44,440 bases of DNA from a virus. Taxonomy: Duplodnaviria > Caudoviricetes. The stretch is from positions 1 through 44,440 of IMG/VR virus record IMGVR_UViG_3300043414_000127, one strand, 5' to 3'. Made by a program: the position numbers and the translations under genes. The first letter of the stretch is position 1; the number at the start of each line of letters is the position of its first letter. This document shows, in pieces, positions 17,021 through 27,653 of this stretch. The notes below the pieces were generated by a model that saw nothing but the letters and a program-made list of their open reading frames with translations, searched no databases and was not told the DNA's origin.

Positions 17021-20000
17021 TTATTTACCCATCTTTCTATCCATCTCTTCTCTGCGTTTACGAAGCATGTTGCCTTCTTTGATGTGCTTAGGAGTCATCT
17101 TCTCACGACCAGCTTTGATTTCTTTTTCACGGTACTGATAAGCCAACTCTTTTGTCTGCAACTCACGTTCAGCAGCTTTGAGCTTACGTTGTTCAGCAGT
17201 AGAGCCGTACACAGGGAAGCCCATTGTTCCTAGTAACGCACGCTTAGCACCTTCACCTTCAGGAGCACTCATAGCAGCAGACACCTGGAAAGGAAGAGCA
17301 CCACTAAGAGCAGTTTTAAGTCTGCTATAAGCACTACGATCAACCAACTTAGGAGCATCAGGCGAAGCGTACTCTGTACCAGCAATACCAATGATTGCAG
17401 CTTTAGGAAGAAAGCCCAACTTATTAGACAAAGTTTTAGCTGGGTCCATGATCCAGTGAACAGGTTCCATAGCGTGCTTCATAGCCTGCATAGACGTACC
17501 ATCAGGGAACTCAATACGTGTTGGATCTTTGTTCTCCCACACAGGACGATTAGCAACCATCAAGTTGATAGCATTAATCAAAGTCAAGTAAGTAAGAGCA
17601 GTCTTAAACTGATACAACCTAGCATAGTCAGACTTGGTTGTAGGATTGATCATCCCTTTGATACCTTCAACGGGGCTTAACTTAGTAGGGTTTAAGCTCT
17701 TAGGCAACGCAGCAGTAAAAGCACGAAGAGTAGAGATAGTCCAGTCAGGAGCAAACAAAGCAAGTTGCAAAGCACGGCGACCTTGAGGACTGTAAGCAGC
17801 CATAGCCATGCGTTTAGCAAACTCATTCTGAGTACCAGCAGCCGCATCAAACCAATTCAAACCACCAAAAGAATCATTAACAAATCTAGAGATTTCTATA
17901 CGAGCAGCAGTCTCATCAAAAGGTTTGCCTTCTTTAGCAGCTTGGAATCGTGCCTTATCTAAGTAAGCATCAGCAACCATGAGCTTACCGCCAGTGTGCA
18001 AGTAATCCCAGGTGTACTTATCAAACAAACCTAGTGTGTACTTTTCAACTGTAGACAAAGAACTCTCAAGCACACGAGTCTTAGGACCGTACTTACCAAT
18101 CAATGAATCAGCAGCCTTACCAATAGAAGACAAGATGCCACGAGCTACATCTTCTGGAGCATCTAACTGAAGACGACCTTCTTTAATCCACTTGTCTACG
18201 TTATCACCAGCACCACCATTACGGTATTGGTCAACAGCTTTTGTAATAGCAGACAACTGAAGCTCTTTACCTGTGAGCTTCTTTACACTCTTCTCAACAA
18301 GAGGCAACACAATGGCTTCTTTGAGTGGTGTCCAAATTGGAATCTCAGCACTAGACAAAACTTCCATCAAAGATTTAGCATGGAAAAATGAGCCAACAAC
18401 GTTGATACGTTTGGTAATCTGAGAGACAGTCCCCAAAGCTTGCATCAATTGGCCTGGGCCAGCATCAAAAACAAACTTCAAAGCAGGCAACAAGTCAGGA
18501 TGTACAGCGTAGCCAGCAAGTTCAGAGTTGTCCATCACCTCCCAACCATGAGGCAAGGGATCGTCTTTAGTGATAGGGCGAATCAAAGACTCACCTGCTG
18601 CATTACGAACTTGCTTTAGGTTAGTAATGAGGTTCTTGTTCTCAATTGCTTTTTCAACAGAGTGTGCGTAGTCAGCGTAGATTTCAGCAAGGTTATCTGT
18701 CTTTAGTTTAAAACGATAGTCTTTACCGTTTTCTGCTAACCAACCATTGATACCATCAAGATGACGCAACAGATCTTCACGAGTCTTTAGACGACGCTGC
18801 TCACCATACTTAGTAGTAGTCTTTGAACCGCCACTGCCACCACTTCCACCACCAAAAATATCTTTCATAAGCTCTTTAAGAGCATTGGGTGGGGCAGACC
18901 CCTCAGAGATAACGTTACGAGCAACGTAGTCCTCATGCCAACCTTTGATAACACCTGCTTCTAGAGCACGTTTACCCAGGTCATCCATGAGTGTACGAAA
19001 CTTATCAGCAATAGTTTTTTCTGCACCATCAAGCTTGTCGCCACGATCAATCTTATAAGTCAGTTGCTCTAAGTTCACATTATCTTTTTTAGCAATGTCT
19101 AAGATGTCTGCTTTGTTGTTACTAGTAATGCGCTCACCAGCAAGTTTGTTATCTAAGTTGATACCAACAAACTTTTCTGTTTCTTTTACAGGTTCTAACC
19201 AAGTTTGTTTGTATTGTTTGTAGCCGTCATAAAAATCAAGAGCAGCTTTCTCCCCAGATTTTTCGTAGATTTCTACAGCAGTTTTATAGAAGTCATCTTC
19301 GTCCTTCATGTCGCGAGGATCAGGTTTACTTCCGTCTTCCTGTAGCATGTCTTTAATAGATTTAGGAACTTCAGATGAGTCTTTAATTACTTTTGTTTTA
19401 GGCGTTTCAATATCAGAAATAAACTGCTGTTCATACTCTGCAATTTTTGCAGGGTCTAACGGCATTTCTGATTTGTGCAACCAATTAACAAAAGCGTCTT
19501 TAGTTGACTCAGTAGTTGTAGAGTACCTATCAGCGTACTCTTGTACATCACCAAACTCATAAGCAAGAGTCTTTTGAGGTGGCATGTCTTTAATTAACTG
19601 AGCATGTTCTTGTTCTAGTTTTTTAATCTGTTCGTTGATACTAGTAACACGCTCTTCATTACCAATTCCAGCAGCTTCTTCTGCTTGAGCTTCTAGGCTC
19701 ATACGTTGAGTTTCGTTGTTGTCTATAGCTTCTTTGTAGTCGTCACGAGTAGCCAATTGATTGGGGTCGTAAGGCTTTTGATCAGAAACATTTTCTCTTG
19801 CTGTACGAAAAGCACGAGCATCTTCTGAGATTGCTACCCCACTATCAACAGGTAGAATTTTACCGCCACGAGCTTCTAACGCATCATACAAAGCTGTAGC
19901 AACACCCTTGCGTCTGTCGCCTTCACGTACAAAAACATCAATGGGTCCACCATTAGGCATGTATGTAAGCTTGCCAACTTCTTCTCCAGAAGCATTTTTT

Positions 20001-21004
20001 GCTACTAAAGATATAGGTTCTCCGTGTTCCATACGAACTAAACTAGAAAATGCTTCGGGAGCAGGAGCAGTCTCTATAGAAACTCTGCTGTTATCTTTTA
20101 ACATTACGGAGTTAGCATTTTTTTCTGCTGAGATTTTCTTTAACTTCTCAATAACAGCAGCTTGTTCTTCTGGTGTTGACAGAGGATCAACTTTAGGAGG
20201 TAAGTCAGTGTTACTAGTAACGTCAGGCGTTACTTTTTTAGTTCCACCAGGTAACATGCTGGAAATCTTCTGACCAAGCCTTTCACCAGCAGCAAACGGC
20301 ACTCTACCTACAACGTTAAATCCAGGCATACCTACACCAGTAGTAGCAGCTACACCTAGTTTAATAGGATCAAACTCACCTTCAGTAGCGTACTGAGTAC
20401 CTGCTTCAATGCCTGTTTGCAATGCACCAGATGTAGCACGTTGAACAATAGGCTTAGACATGAACTTGCCAGCAATTTCAGGAGCAGTTCTAGGGGACAT
20501 ACCTGCTAAGTTAGCAAGGGTCTGTCCAGCAAATGCCTCATAAGGATGTGCTTCTTTTTCTGCTTTACGTTGTGCGTAATCTTCTGGAGCAAACACTTCG
20601 TGCATCCAATCAGTTACTTTTTGAGCAGCACCTGATGCAACAAAAGCAGTTCCTAAACCAGTAGATAAACTAAGAGTAGCAGCAGCAAAGGGTCCAACAA
20701 CAGGAACAGCAGCTACTGCGGCAGCAGGTGTAGCTACAGCAGCCATACCAGCACCAAAGCCATAAAGACCAGCAGCAGTAGCAGGAGAAGCTTCTAAAGC
20801 AGAACGACCAATGTTTCTAGCAGACCTAGACAACTCATCATTAGGCTTCATGCCAGGCTTAGGGTATACCCCAAATGCAGCACCACTGCTACCCTCTACA
20901 GGAGCAGATGCAGATGTAGCAGGAGCTACAGCTTCGTCAAAAGAGATCCCTTTAGAAGTAGTAGATCCACCACCAGCAGCCTCTTCAAAAGAGATTCCAG
21001 CCAT
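17021..21004 (-). CDS. Large internal virion/DNA ejection protein, 1327 aa, with an embedded GNAT-like domain
   Basis: Third and largest gene after the nozzle; Ala/Gly-rich hydrophobic N-terminus; VFVREGDRRKGVATALY motif. Confidence 0.75.
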   Translation of the reverse strand: MAGISFEEAAGGGSTTSKGISFDEAVAPATSASAPVEGSSGAAFGVYPKPGMKPNDELSRSARNIGRSALEASPATAAGLYGFGAGMAAVATPAAAVAAVPVVGPFAAATLSLSTGLGTAFVASGAAQKVTDWMHEVFAPEDYAQRKAEKEAHPYEAFAGQTLANLAGMSPRTAPEIAGKFMSKPIVQRATSGALQTGIEAGTQYATEGEFDPIKLGVAATTGVGMPGFNVVGRVPFAAGERLGQKISSMLPGGTKKVTPDVTSNTDLPPKVDPLSTPEEQAAVIEKLKKISAEKNANSVMLKDNSRVSIETAPAPEAFSSLVRMEHGEPISLVAKNASGEEVGKLTYMPNGGPIDVFVREGDRRKGVATALYDALEARGGKILPVDSGVAISEDARAFRTARENVSDQKPYDPNQLATRDDYKEAIDNNETQRMSLEAQAEEAAGIGNEERVTSINEQIKKLEQEHAQLIKDMPPQKTLAYEFGDVQEYADRYSTTTESTKDAFVNWLHKSEMPLDPAKIAEYEQQFISDIETPKTKVIKDSSEVPKSIKDMLQEDGSKPDPRDMKDEDDFYKTAVEIYEKSGEKAALDFYDGYKQYKQTWLEPVKETEKFVGINLDNKLAGERITSNNKADILDIAKKDNVNLEQLTYKIDRGDKLDGAEKTIADKFRTLMDDLGKRALEAGVIKGWHEDYVARNVISEGSAPPNALKELMKDIFGGGSGGSGGSKTTTKYGEQRRLKTREDLLRHLDGINGWLAENGKDYRFKLKTDNLAEIYADYAHSVEKAIENKNLITNLKQVRNAAGESLIRPITKDDPLPHGWEVMDNSELAGYAVHPDLLPALKFVFDAGPGQLMQALGTVSQITKRINVVGSFFHAKSLMEVLSSAEIPIWTPLKEAIVLPLVEKSVKKLTGKELQLSAITKAVDQYRNGGAGDNVDKWIKEGRLQLDAPEDVARGILSSIGKAADSLIGKYGPKTRVLESSLSTVEKYTLGLFDKYTWDYLHTGGKLMVADAYLDKARFQAAKEGKPFDETAARIEISRFVNDSFGGLNWFDAAAGTQNEFAKRMAMAAYSPQGRRALQLALFAPDWTISTLRAFTAALPKSLNPTKLSPVEGIKGMINPTTKSDYARLYQFKTALTYLTLINAINLMVANRPVWENKDPTRIEFPDGTSMQAMKHAMEPVHWIMDPAKTLSNKLGFLPKAAIIGIAGTEYASPDAPKLVDRSAYSRLKTALSGALPFQVSAAMSAPEGEGAKRALLGTMGFPVYGSTAEQRKLKAAERELQTKELAYQYREKEIKAGREKMTPKHIKEGNMLRKRREEMDRKMGK

Positions 21005-21007
21005 ACG

Positions 21008-22264
21008 TTACTCCACAAACGATTTAGATTTAGCGTCCCATTTAAGGACACCCTTACTGGTAGTGTAGTACTTACCATCTACCGCTTCAGCAGCAGACTT
21101 AGGCATAGCCATAGGAGCAACCTTAGTTCCTTGATTTTTGTTACTAGGAACTTCTTTGCCTGCTGGCTTAGCAGGAGCAGCAGGTTTAGCCTCTGGTTTT
21201 GTTTCTGGTTTACCTGGTGTTTCTTCTTTAGGTCTAGCGTACAACTCAAGTTCAGTAGACAAGTTTTCTACAACAGTCTTTTTACCTGGGAAGTCAGGAG
21301 CACTAATAGCAAGGTTTAGTTCTTTTTGAACTTGATTGCGTCGAAACTCATCACGTTTACTAACAGCAGTTTTATACGCATCAGCAGCTTCATCTGTTGG
21401 CTCACTTCTGTTTACCCAGAAACTACGAATCTTGCTCTTTGTTTGAGCGAGGTCAGCAGCTTCAACTTCAGCATCAAGCTTCTCCATGGTCTTACGACCA
21501 GAACGTTCAATGCTATCTTGTGCTCGTTGATAAATATTCCAGTCACGCATATCACGGTCACTGCCACCAGCTAATCTACGTTCTGTTAGAGCGTTCTCAC
21601 GGATACGAGCAATACGTTCACGAGACTCGTTAATTAGGGTTTGTTTCTGAGCTTCAATCTGTTTGAGTTGAGTAGATAACTGACCCTTAGCATTGAGCAT
21701 TAAGTTTTTAGCAGCTTCTTTCTTTTCAACTCCAGACATCTTGCCCCAGTTAGCTTCACCAACTTCAGACACCAAAGCTTTTAAAGTTTGAGGAGGAAGC
21801 TGTTGAGCGTACTCTTCAACCTTATCGTCAGGTACAGCAGCAATAACGCCATAAGCGTTACCAATCTGTTGAGCAGCTAAGTCCAACTGCTTCTGTTGGT
21901 TAGCAATCTTCTTAGCATCAAATGTTTCAGCAGCAGCAATAGTCTTAGCACCGTTCTCTACATCAGACGACATCATCTGAGTAGCACCAGTCATTCGTAA
22001 GACTTTGCCGTAGTCTTGTTCAGCAAGAGCAGTTTTAAAATCAGTGCTCTGTTGCAACTCTTTAAGTTTTGCACGAGACTCTTCACCAGCTTTAAAGCCA
22101 GACTCAGATATTAAGTTAGCAAGCTTAGCCTTTTGAGTTTCAGCAATTACTTGTTCAGCTTTAGCTTGGCCTACATCAGCAGCCAAAGGTGCAGCGCCCA
22201 TGTTCTGCATCATGGTCATAGCAGCATTACTGCCTGCTGCCATATCGGACATTAGATATGCCAT
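21008..22264 (-). CDS. Putative internal virion/ejection protein, 418 aa
   Basis: Ala/Gln-rich helical sequence; synteny with P22 gp7-gp20-gp16-like ejection genes. Confidence 0.65.
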   Translation of the reverse strand: MAYLMSDMAAGSNAAMTMMQNMGAAPLAADVGQAKAEQVIAETQKAKLANLISESGFKAGEESRAKLKELQQSTDFKTALAEQDYGKVLRMTGATQMMSSDVENGAKTIAAAETFDAKKIANQQKQLDLAAQQIGNAYGVIAAVPDDKVEEYAQQLPPQTLKALVSEVGEANWGKMSGVEKKEAAKNLMLNAKGQLSTQLKQIEAQKQTLINESRERIARIRENALTERRLAGGSDRDMRDWNIYQRAQDSIERSGRKTMEKLDAEVEAADLAQTKSKIRSFWVNRSEPTDEAADAYKTAVSKRDEFRRNQVQKELNLAISAPDFPGKKTVVENLSTELELYARPKEETPGKPETKPEAKPAAPAKPAGKEVPSNKNQGTKVAPMAMPKSAAEAVDGKYYTTSKGVLKWDAKSKSFVE

Positions 22265-22274
22265 GATTTAATCC

Positions 22275-23096
22275 TTAGTCGGCTCGGTAAAACCCAGACA
22301 TGTTAATGTCTGATGGAGCTGTGTCATAGAAACCGCTTGTATTAATGCCAGTCTCAAACTGACTAGTAGATACAGGAGCAGTAGGTTTGTTACCAAAGAT
22401 ACCAGCAATGCCAGTACCTATGCCACCAAGACCTTGCATAATGCCAGTCTGTGCTTGTGTGCCAGCGTTGTATCCTGCGGCTGGAGATTGAGTAACACCA
22501 GCTCCAGTAGCTAATCGGTTTAAGTAATCGCTCATAAAACCAGAGTAGCCTTGTTGTGCTATTTGCTCAAGAGCAATCTGTTCATTACCACTACGTAGCA
22601 TTCCAGACTTAGTGGCACTACGTTTAGCAGCTTCTAAAGCAGGGTCTAGTACACCAGTTTGAAATTGAGAGTACCCAGGCATCTTAGTAATGTCAGTCTC
22701 TGCTCCAGGTTGCAAAGCACCTGCATACATAGCAGCTAAGTTTTGACGATAAGGAGCCATAGGATCAGCTTGAGACTGAGCTTGTTGCACAGTCTTAGCA
22801 CCACCTAAAGCGTTAGTAATCCCACCACCTGTAAGGCTGTTGATGCTTCCTGCAAGCTGCATAGCAGAACCAAGTTGGCCCATTGAGGGCATACTTAATC
22901 CAGATAAAAGTCCTCCGCCAGTACCCCCCATTAAGTATGGAGCACCAAAGTAAGCGCCACCAGCAAGCAATGCTGCTTTGCCTAAGTCAGACTCAACAAC
23001 ATCACCAACTGCACTACCAATGTCGCCAACTACATCACCAATACCGCTACCAATGTCGCTAACTGCGTCACTAATACTGCTTACTACTCCACCCAT
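22275..23096 (-). CDS. Putative DNA transfer protein (P22 gp7-like)
   Basis: Gly/Ala-rich MGG start after AAGGAG; PGYxQF...A..G.LRSGN pattern. Confidence 0.65.
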   Translation of the reverse strand: MGGVVSSISDAVSDIGSGIGDVVGDIGSAVGDVVESDLGKAALLAGGAYFGAPYLMGGTGGGLLSGLSMPSMGQLGSAMQLAGSINSLTGGGITNALGGAKTVQQAQSQADPMAPYRQNLAAMYAGALQPGAETDITKMPGYSQFQTGVLDPALEAAKRSATKSGMLRSGNEQIALEQIAQQGYSGFMSDYLNRLATGAGVTQSPAAGYNAGTQAQTGIMQGLGGIGTGIAGIFGNKPTAPVSTSQFETGINTSGFYDTAPSDINMSGFYRAD

Positions 23097-23097
23097 G

Positions 23098-23421
23098 TTA
23101 TTCTCCTTTAGCCTTCTTACGAGAGGTATAGACGGCAGCTCTTGTGCCATCTAACAAGTTAATTTGACCTTTGTGTGTCCATTGAAAAGTCTTAGCAAAC
23201 TTCTCTAGCTTCTTGTTATCCTCTTGGATAAGAGCTACGACATCAACACCAACTAACTCTAAAAGACAATCAACACTTTTGTTGAAGTCTCGTTTAACTT
23301 GTGGGGTCCACCGATATATGTCAGTATGGAACCACAAGTTGTTTTGGAATAGCTCCAAGTATATTACGTAATCCTTACGGAGTACTACTGGAACTTTACC
23401 TTTAACGCCTGTAACGTCCAC
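23098..23421 (-). CDS. Virion assembly protein at the P22 gp14-like position (possible degenerate GNAT fold)
   Basis: Located between nozzle and ejection genes; NKKLEKFAKTFQW resembles GNAT motif B. Confidence 0.5.
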   Translation of the reverse strand: MDVTGVKGKVPVVLRKDYVIYLELFQNNLWFHTDIYRWTPQVKRDFNKSVDCLLELVGVDVVALIQEDNKKLEKFAKTFQWTHKGQINLLDGTRAAVYTSRKKAKGE

Positions 23422-24868
23422 CGCCTACAGCCTGCTCTTGATCCATCTCACCAATGCGGAAGTCTACTTCTGCAGAATCTAAACGTAGAGGAACGTTACT
23501 AGTACAGAGAAACTCCCAAGCTCTACGGCGATCAGCTCCACTAAGGTAGACCTGAGAGCGTGAGGCATTGAGGTTAACCTCTCTGTAACTAGACCAAGTA
23601 TTGTAGTCATCGCCAGTGTGACGAATCTGCATAATCCCTGCAACCTTATCCCCAATGATCTCTAACCTTCCATAGAACTTACGTTTAGTAGTTCCATTGT
23701 CAGAGATGTCAGTTACAGTACGGCAGTAGATGTCTTCTCCGTCATCCCTGTACACATCTAAGTCTAGTTCGTAGATCTCAGCAGTGTCGTCATCAAGCAT
23801 AAATGGGACACCTTGCACTTGAGCATAGTATGTAGGACGAAAATAAGATTCGTAGTACGTACCAGGGTTAGGTTGATCGTTAGATGCCATAGCCCACTGA
23901 GTCCATGTGTACCACATCTTTTCATTGAGGTCATACACTAACGTTTTGTTTGTGTTGTGCAGAGTCAGGATGTAGAGAGTGTGACCACTGATTGTGTAGC
24001 AGTATGCAGATATTTCGGACAATGAATCCGCAGCAAGATGTTTGTCAACGTTGTGTGTAGAAACACGAACAGGAGACACACCATCCATCATGTACACAGA
24101 ACGACCATAGGTCTTACTAGTACCAATCCATAGTACTGTGTTACTAGTAGAAACAATAGAGTCACCAGCAGCACAACCAATCTCTGAGGTGTAGCTTTGA
24201 GCCACACCTAATGGAGAGCCTGTAACATTACCTACATCATAAAAAAACTGAGTGCTTACGTTACCAAAAGCTACAAGGTAGTTCAGATGTTTAGCAATGC
24301 CAATTAGGTTGTCAGCAGTCTGTTCAAATGTGATGTAGTTTAAAGCTCCCCAAGTTGTTGGGTCACCTACGTCAGAGTTATAAATACGGTTACCAGTTGT
24401 TCCTAGGAACAAATAGTTGTTGAGGTACACAGCTCCTGCTACATACGGAGCAGTAGGCAAAGTGGTCATAGACACAAATGCGTATGACGAGTTCAACAAG
24501 TACCCAGTTACTTTGTTGTGAAAAAACAGTTCTGCATCTAAGAACGTTTTAACAAAGTAGCTTTGGCTAGTTGAAGTGGATGTAGTTCCAATAGTAGTTT
24601 TAGTCCAGTTGCTAGGATTTACTTTGTAAACAGTGTTTGCAATGATGGCAATTAAGAAGCTACCAAACCCTGCTAAGCCTTGGCTATCTACAGAGGCAGG
24701 AGGAGTAACAGATACTACTTGCATCTTAGACACAATGCCAGGACGTTTGATGAACTCTCGCTTCTGATCTCTTGTTTCAAAGAAACAGTTAGACGAGTAA
24801 GAGTCTTTAGCAAAAGATCCGCTACGAGATTCAATAGGCTGTGTTAACGGGATACGTTCGGTAGCCAT
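23402..24868 (-). CDS. Tail nozzle / packaged DNA stabilisation protein (P22 gp10-like)
   Basis: Beta-rich; FIKRPG, EIGCAA, RVSTHNVD, TLVYDL...W patterns; synteny. Confidence 0.75.
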   Translation of the reverse strand: MATERIPLTQPIESRSGSFAKDSYSSNCFFETRDQKREFIKRPGIVSKMQVVSVTPPASVDSQGLAGFGSFLIAIIANTVYKVNPSNWTKTTIGTTSTSTSQSYFVKTFLDAELFFHNKVTGYLLNSSYAFVSMTTLPTAPYVAGAVYLNNYLFLGTTGNRIYNSDVGDPTTWGALNYITFEQTADNLIGIAKHLNYLVAFGNVSTQFFYDVGNVTGSPLGVAQSYTSEIGCAAGDSIVSTSNTVLWIGTSKTYGRSVYMMDGVSPVRVSTHNVDKHLAADSLSEISAYCYTISGHTLYILTLHNTNKTLVYDLNEKMWYTWTQWAMASNDQPNPGTYYESYFRPTYYAQVQGVPFMLDDDTAEIYELDLDVYRDDGEDIYCRTVTDISDNGTTKRKFYGRLEIIGDKVAGIMQIRHTGDDYNTWSSYREVNLNASRSQVYLSGADRRRAWEFLCTSNVPLRLDSAEVDFRIGEMDQEQAVGGGRYRR

Positions 24869-24870
24869 GC

Positions 24871-25635
24871 TTACCTCGAATAAGAATTAGTGCTGCTAGA
24901 TCTAAAGTCTGGGGCAAAGAAGGTACTAGCAACTTCAACATCCCAGTCGTTGAGAAGTTGTCGGTATGTTGTAGCTCGCATAGTAATCTCTTGTCGGGTG
25001 TTCATAGGCACACCATACTCTAGTGACAACTGATCAGCTAAGTTCCACACCAGTGTGTTCATCCACTCGTTAGGAAAGTCGGGGATTTGACTAGCAGTAG
25101 TGATGTCGTTCAATGGCATCTGAGCTACAAGGTGCAACTCAAGGTTAGCAGCAGCATTAGCATCAGGAGTCAAGAACACGTACAAGATACCATTCAAAGC
25201 CTTGGTGTCATAGAACACTGTGTTAGCTGTACCTGTTGAGAACTTAGAACCAAGCGTGTTGTATTCGTTCTTAGACACAACCATGAATGGTGTATCAATG
25301 TGGGGAGTAACCTGCATATTACGATACCAACCTTGAATGACTTTCAATGGTCGATCAGTGATAGCAACTGTAGGAGCTTGTGTGTCGTACATCAAAGCAG
25401 AAGAAGCTCCACCTAAGATGTAGCTTGTTTGGTTTTGAATTAAAGGAATAATCAGTTCAGATGTTTTCCAGATCTTTAGACCCTCAGTACTCATCTGTTT
25501 AATGAGCAAGTTAAGAGACATGTTAGCGTTAGTAACAGTATCTGCGTTAGGGGTGTCACCAATCTCAAGCACACCCAACTTACGTAGAGCTAGTGCAATA
25601 ACTTGATCGCGTGTGATTGAATAGTTTGATGACAT
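24871..25635 (-). CDS. Head-tail adaptor (P22 gp4-like)
   Basis: ALRKLGVL...LNLLI; PNEWMNTLVWNLADQLSLEYG. Confidence 0.75.
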   Translation of the reverse strand: MSSNYSITRDQVIALALRKLGVLEIGDTPNADTVTNANMSLNLLIKQMSTEGLKIWKTSELIIPLIQNQTSYILGGASSALMYDTQAPTVAITDRPLKVIQGWYRNMQVTPHIDTPFMVVSKNEYNTLGSKFSTGTANTVFYDTKALNGILYVFLTPDANAAANLELHLVAQMPLNDITTASQIPDFPNEWMNTLVWNLADQLSLEYGVPMNTRQEITMRATTYRQLLNDWDVEVASTFFAPDFRSSSTNSYSR

Positions 25636-25669
25636 GGTTAGACTTCAATAGATTTTAAAACTTGTAAGT

Positions 25670-25972
25670 TTAAATTTGTGTTTGATCCCAAGGCAAACCA
25701 GAGGCGCTTACAGGGTTACGCTGAGCTTCAATCTGAGCAGCCAATGCAGCCTCTACAACAGCCTCGCCTAGCTTGTCTTTTACCCAAGCAATCACTTGAG
25801 CTTCAGTCAGAGATGCAAAAGGTGTTACAGGTGTATCGCCTTGGTAGTTAATAGTGCCGTAGGTGGATGCTGTGAAGTCTCCGTCTACCTTGGTGACGTT
25901 GTAATGGACTGTCGTTACATAGCCTGTTGCAACTTCGCGTTCCAATTGATTGATAGAGTAGATTGTGGTCAT
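25670..25972 (-). CDS. Tail-fibre-associated hypothetical protein, 100 aa
   Basis: TPFASLTEAQVIAWVK...GLPW pattern, commonly seen after phage fibre genes. Confidence 0.7.
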   Translation of the reverse strand: MTTIYSINQLEREVATGYVTTVHYNVTKVDGDFTASTYGTINYQGDTPVTPFASLTEAQVIAWVKDKLGEAVVEAALAAQIEAQRNPVSASGLPWDQTQI

Positions 25973-25986
25973 GCTGTTTCCTTAGT

Positions 25987-27213
25987 TTATGGGTGTGTGG
26001 CTTTGTAGGCTTCAAACTTAGCGTTGAGTTCTTGAATGGCTGCTGTCAACAAAGGAACTAGTTTTGCAGGGTCAACGCTTTGATAAACGTGCTTTCCGTT
26101 TTCATCGACAGCATCTTTTTGACCTGTTACAGCAATAGGCTCAACTTCTGCAACTTCGTGAGCAACAAAGCCGTTAATGGTTTGTTCAGGGAACTCGATG
26201 AAATTAAATGTGCTTGGTTTTAATATCATCACTTTTGCAATAGCGCCTGTTAACGGAACAATGTTTTCCTTCAGCCTGTAATCAGAAAAAGAGGCATATG
26301 TTGTTGTTGCGCCGCTGATAGATACCTGACCACGCTGTGTAGTTCCTGAATACAACGCCATGACTTCTCCATCGTTTGATCTTCCGAAAAAACAAGGTGT
26401 TGAGCCTGATCTTTGAACACTAACATAGCCGCCAGAACCAAAAGCAGCTCCTGTTGTAGCGCTACCTGCTCCGGGAACTGAAGTAGCAGACACCAGCAAG
26501 TTACCGCTGGAGTCAATACGGGCTTTTTCAGAAAATCCATCAACATAGAAAACAATATGAGAACCAGAGCGCAAACTATCTGGGTCTGCAACAATAGCAA
26601 CTGAGTTATCTGAGTTTGAATTTACGCCAACAAAACCACCAACTTCGCTGTTTGTCGTAATAAAAGTCTCACCACCAAGCACTTGCAACTTACCTACGCT
26701 TGTAGTTCCAATTGATGAAGTAGTGCCGACAAGTAATCGACCGCTGGAGTCAAACCTAGCGGCCTCTGTCCCGCCCTCAGAGAAAGCAATCGTGTCAGCA
26801 GCAGGGAAGAAGATACCTGTGTTGGTGTCGCCTGAAGTCGTGATCGCAGGCGCAGCAGCAGAGCCCGCACTAAAAGTTTGTGCAGCCGTAAATGTATTAG
26901 CTTCGTCTAATTTTGGTAGATTGTTAAGAGTTGCAGCAACTAAACGAAGTTCAACTTTATCACCAGCCAGCCAAGATGCAGCTAGTGTATTGTCTTGAGC
27001 ACGAACAATAGTAAATGTATCTGTAGAACGAGCAGTTACTTTAATAATTTCAACGGTACCAATCGTATTAGCCAATGTACAGTAAAAATAATCACTGCCA
27101 CCAAGAGAGGGAAACAGTGCCCCTTGGCCTGCTGTCACAGTCAAACTAGTAACTGAAGAGTTAATTCCAGATGCTAAGACTGTTGTTGCATTGTTTGTAA
27201 ACTTTATTCCCAT
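25987..27213 (-). CDS. Tail fibre/spike with C-terminal intramolecular chaperone (peptidase S74-like)
   Basis: SDYRLKENI cleavage motif, GFVAHEV, KLVPLLTAAIQEL. Confidence 0.88.
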   Translation of the reverse strand: MGIKFTNNATTVLASGINSSVTSLTVTAGQGALFPSLGGSDYFYCTLANTIGTVEIIKVTARSTDTFTIVRAQDNTLAASWLAGDKVELRLVAATLNNLPKLDEANTFTAAQTFSAGSAAAPAITTSGDTNTGIFFPAADTIAFSEGGTEAARFDSSGRLLVGTTSSIGTTSVGKLQVLGGETFITTNSEVGGFVGVNSNSDNSVAIVADPDSLRSGSHIVFYVDGFSEKARIDSSGNLLVSATSVPGAGSATTGAAFGSGGYVSVQRSGSTPCFFGRSNDGEVMALYSGTTQRGQVSISGATTTYASFSDYRLKENIVPLTGAIAKVMILKPSTFNFIEFPEQTINGFVAHEVAEVEPIAVTGQKDAVDENGKHVYQSVDPAKLVPLLTAAIQELNAKFEAYKATHP

Positions 27214-27225
27214 GACATTCTCCTA

Positions 27226-27651
27226 TTAGCCGACAGTGATAGTCCAATTGATAGTCAATGTGTCAAGTGCACTTTTACCAACAGCACTAAACACTACATG
27301 AGACAGCATGATTCCACCAGAAGTAGCATTGTTAAAGATGCCTGCTTCAGTGATGCTTCCTGTACCTACACCAGCAGCGTAGGTGTTAGACAAACTAACC
27401 ACGTTAGTAGATACGCTATAGGTAGTAAATGCAGCACGAGCAATTTCAGTTTGTAGGGCAGTGTCGGCAGTACTAGCAGCAGAAGTACCAGTGCCAATAG
27501 CAATTGCAACAAACGGAGAAGTGCTTGAGTTAATTACTGCACTAGCTAAGAAGTTTTTACCTACTTGAACAATCAAGTTTGTCTTTTTAAGAACAACTTC
27601 GTTGTTTAGTAGAACTTCTACTTCGCCAACCATGTTGATTACTTCATTCAT
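27226..27651 (-). CDS. Tail structural protein, 141 aa
   Basis: IAIGTGT...DTALQTEIAR...ITEAGIF pattern of tail-fibre attachment domains. Confidence 0.65.
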   Translation of the reverse strand: MNEVINMVGEVEVLLNNEVVLKKTNLIVQVGKNFLASAVINSSTSPFVAIAIGTGTSAASTADTALQTEIARAAFTTYSVSTNVVSLSNTYAAGVGTGSITEAGIFNNATSGGIMLSHVVFSAVGKSALDTLTINWTITVG

Positions 27652-27653
27652 TT

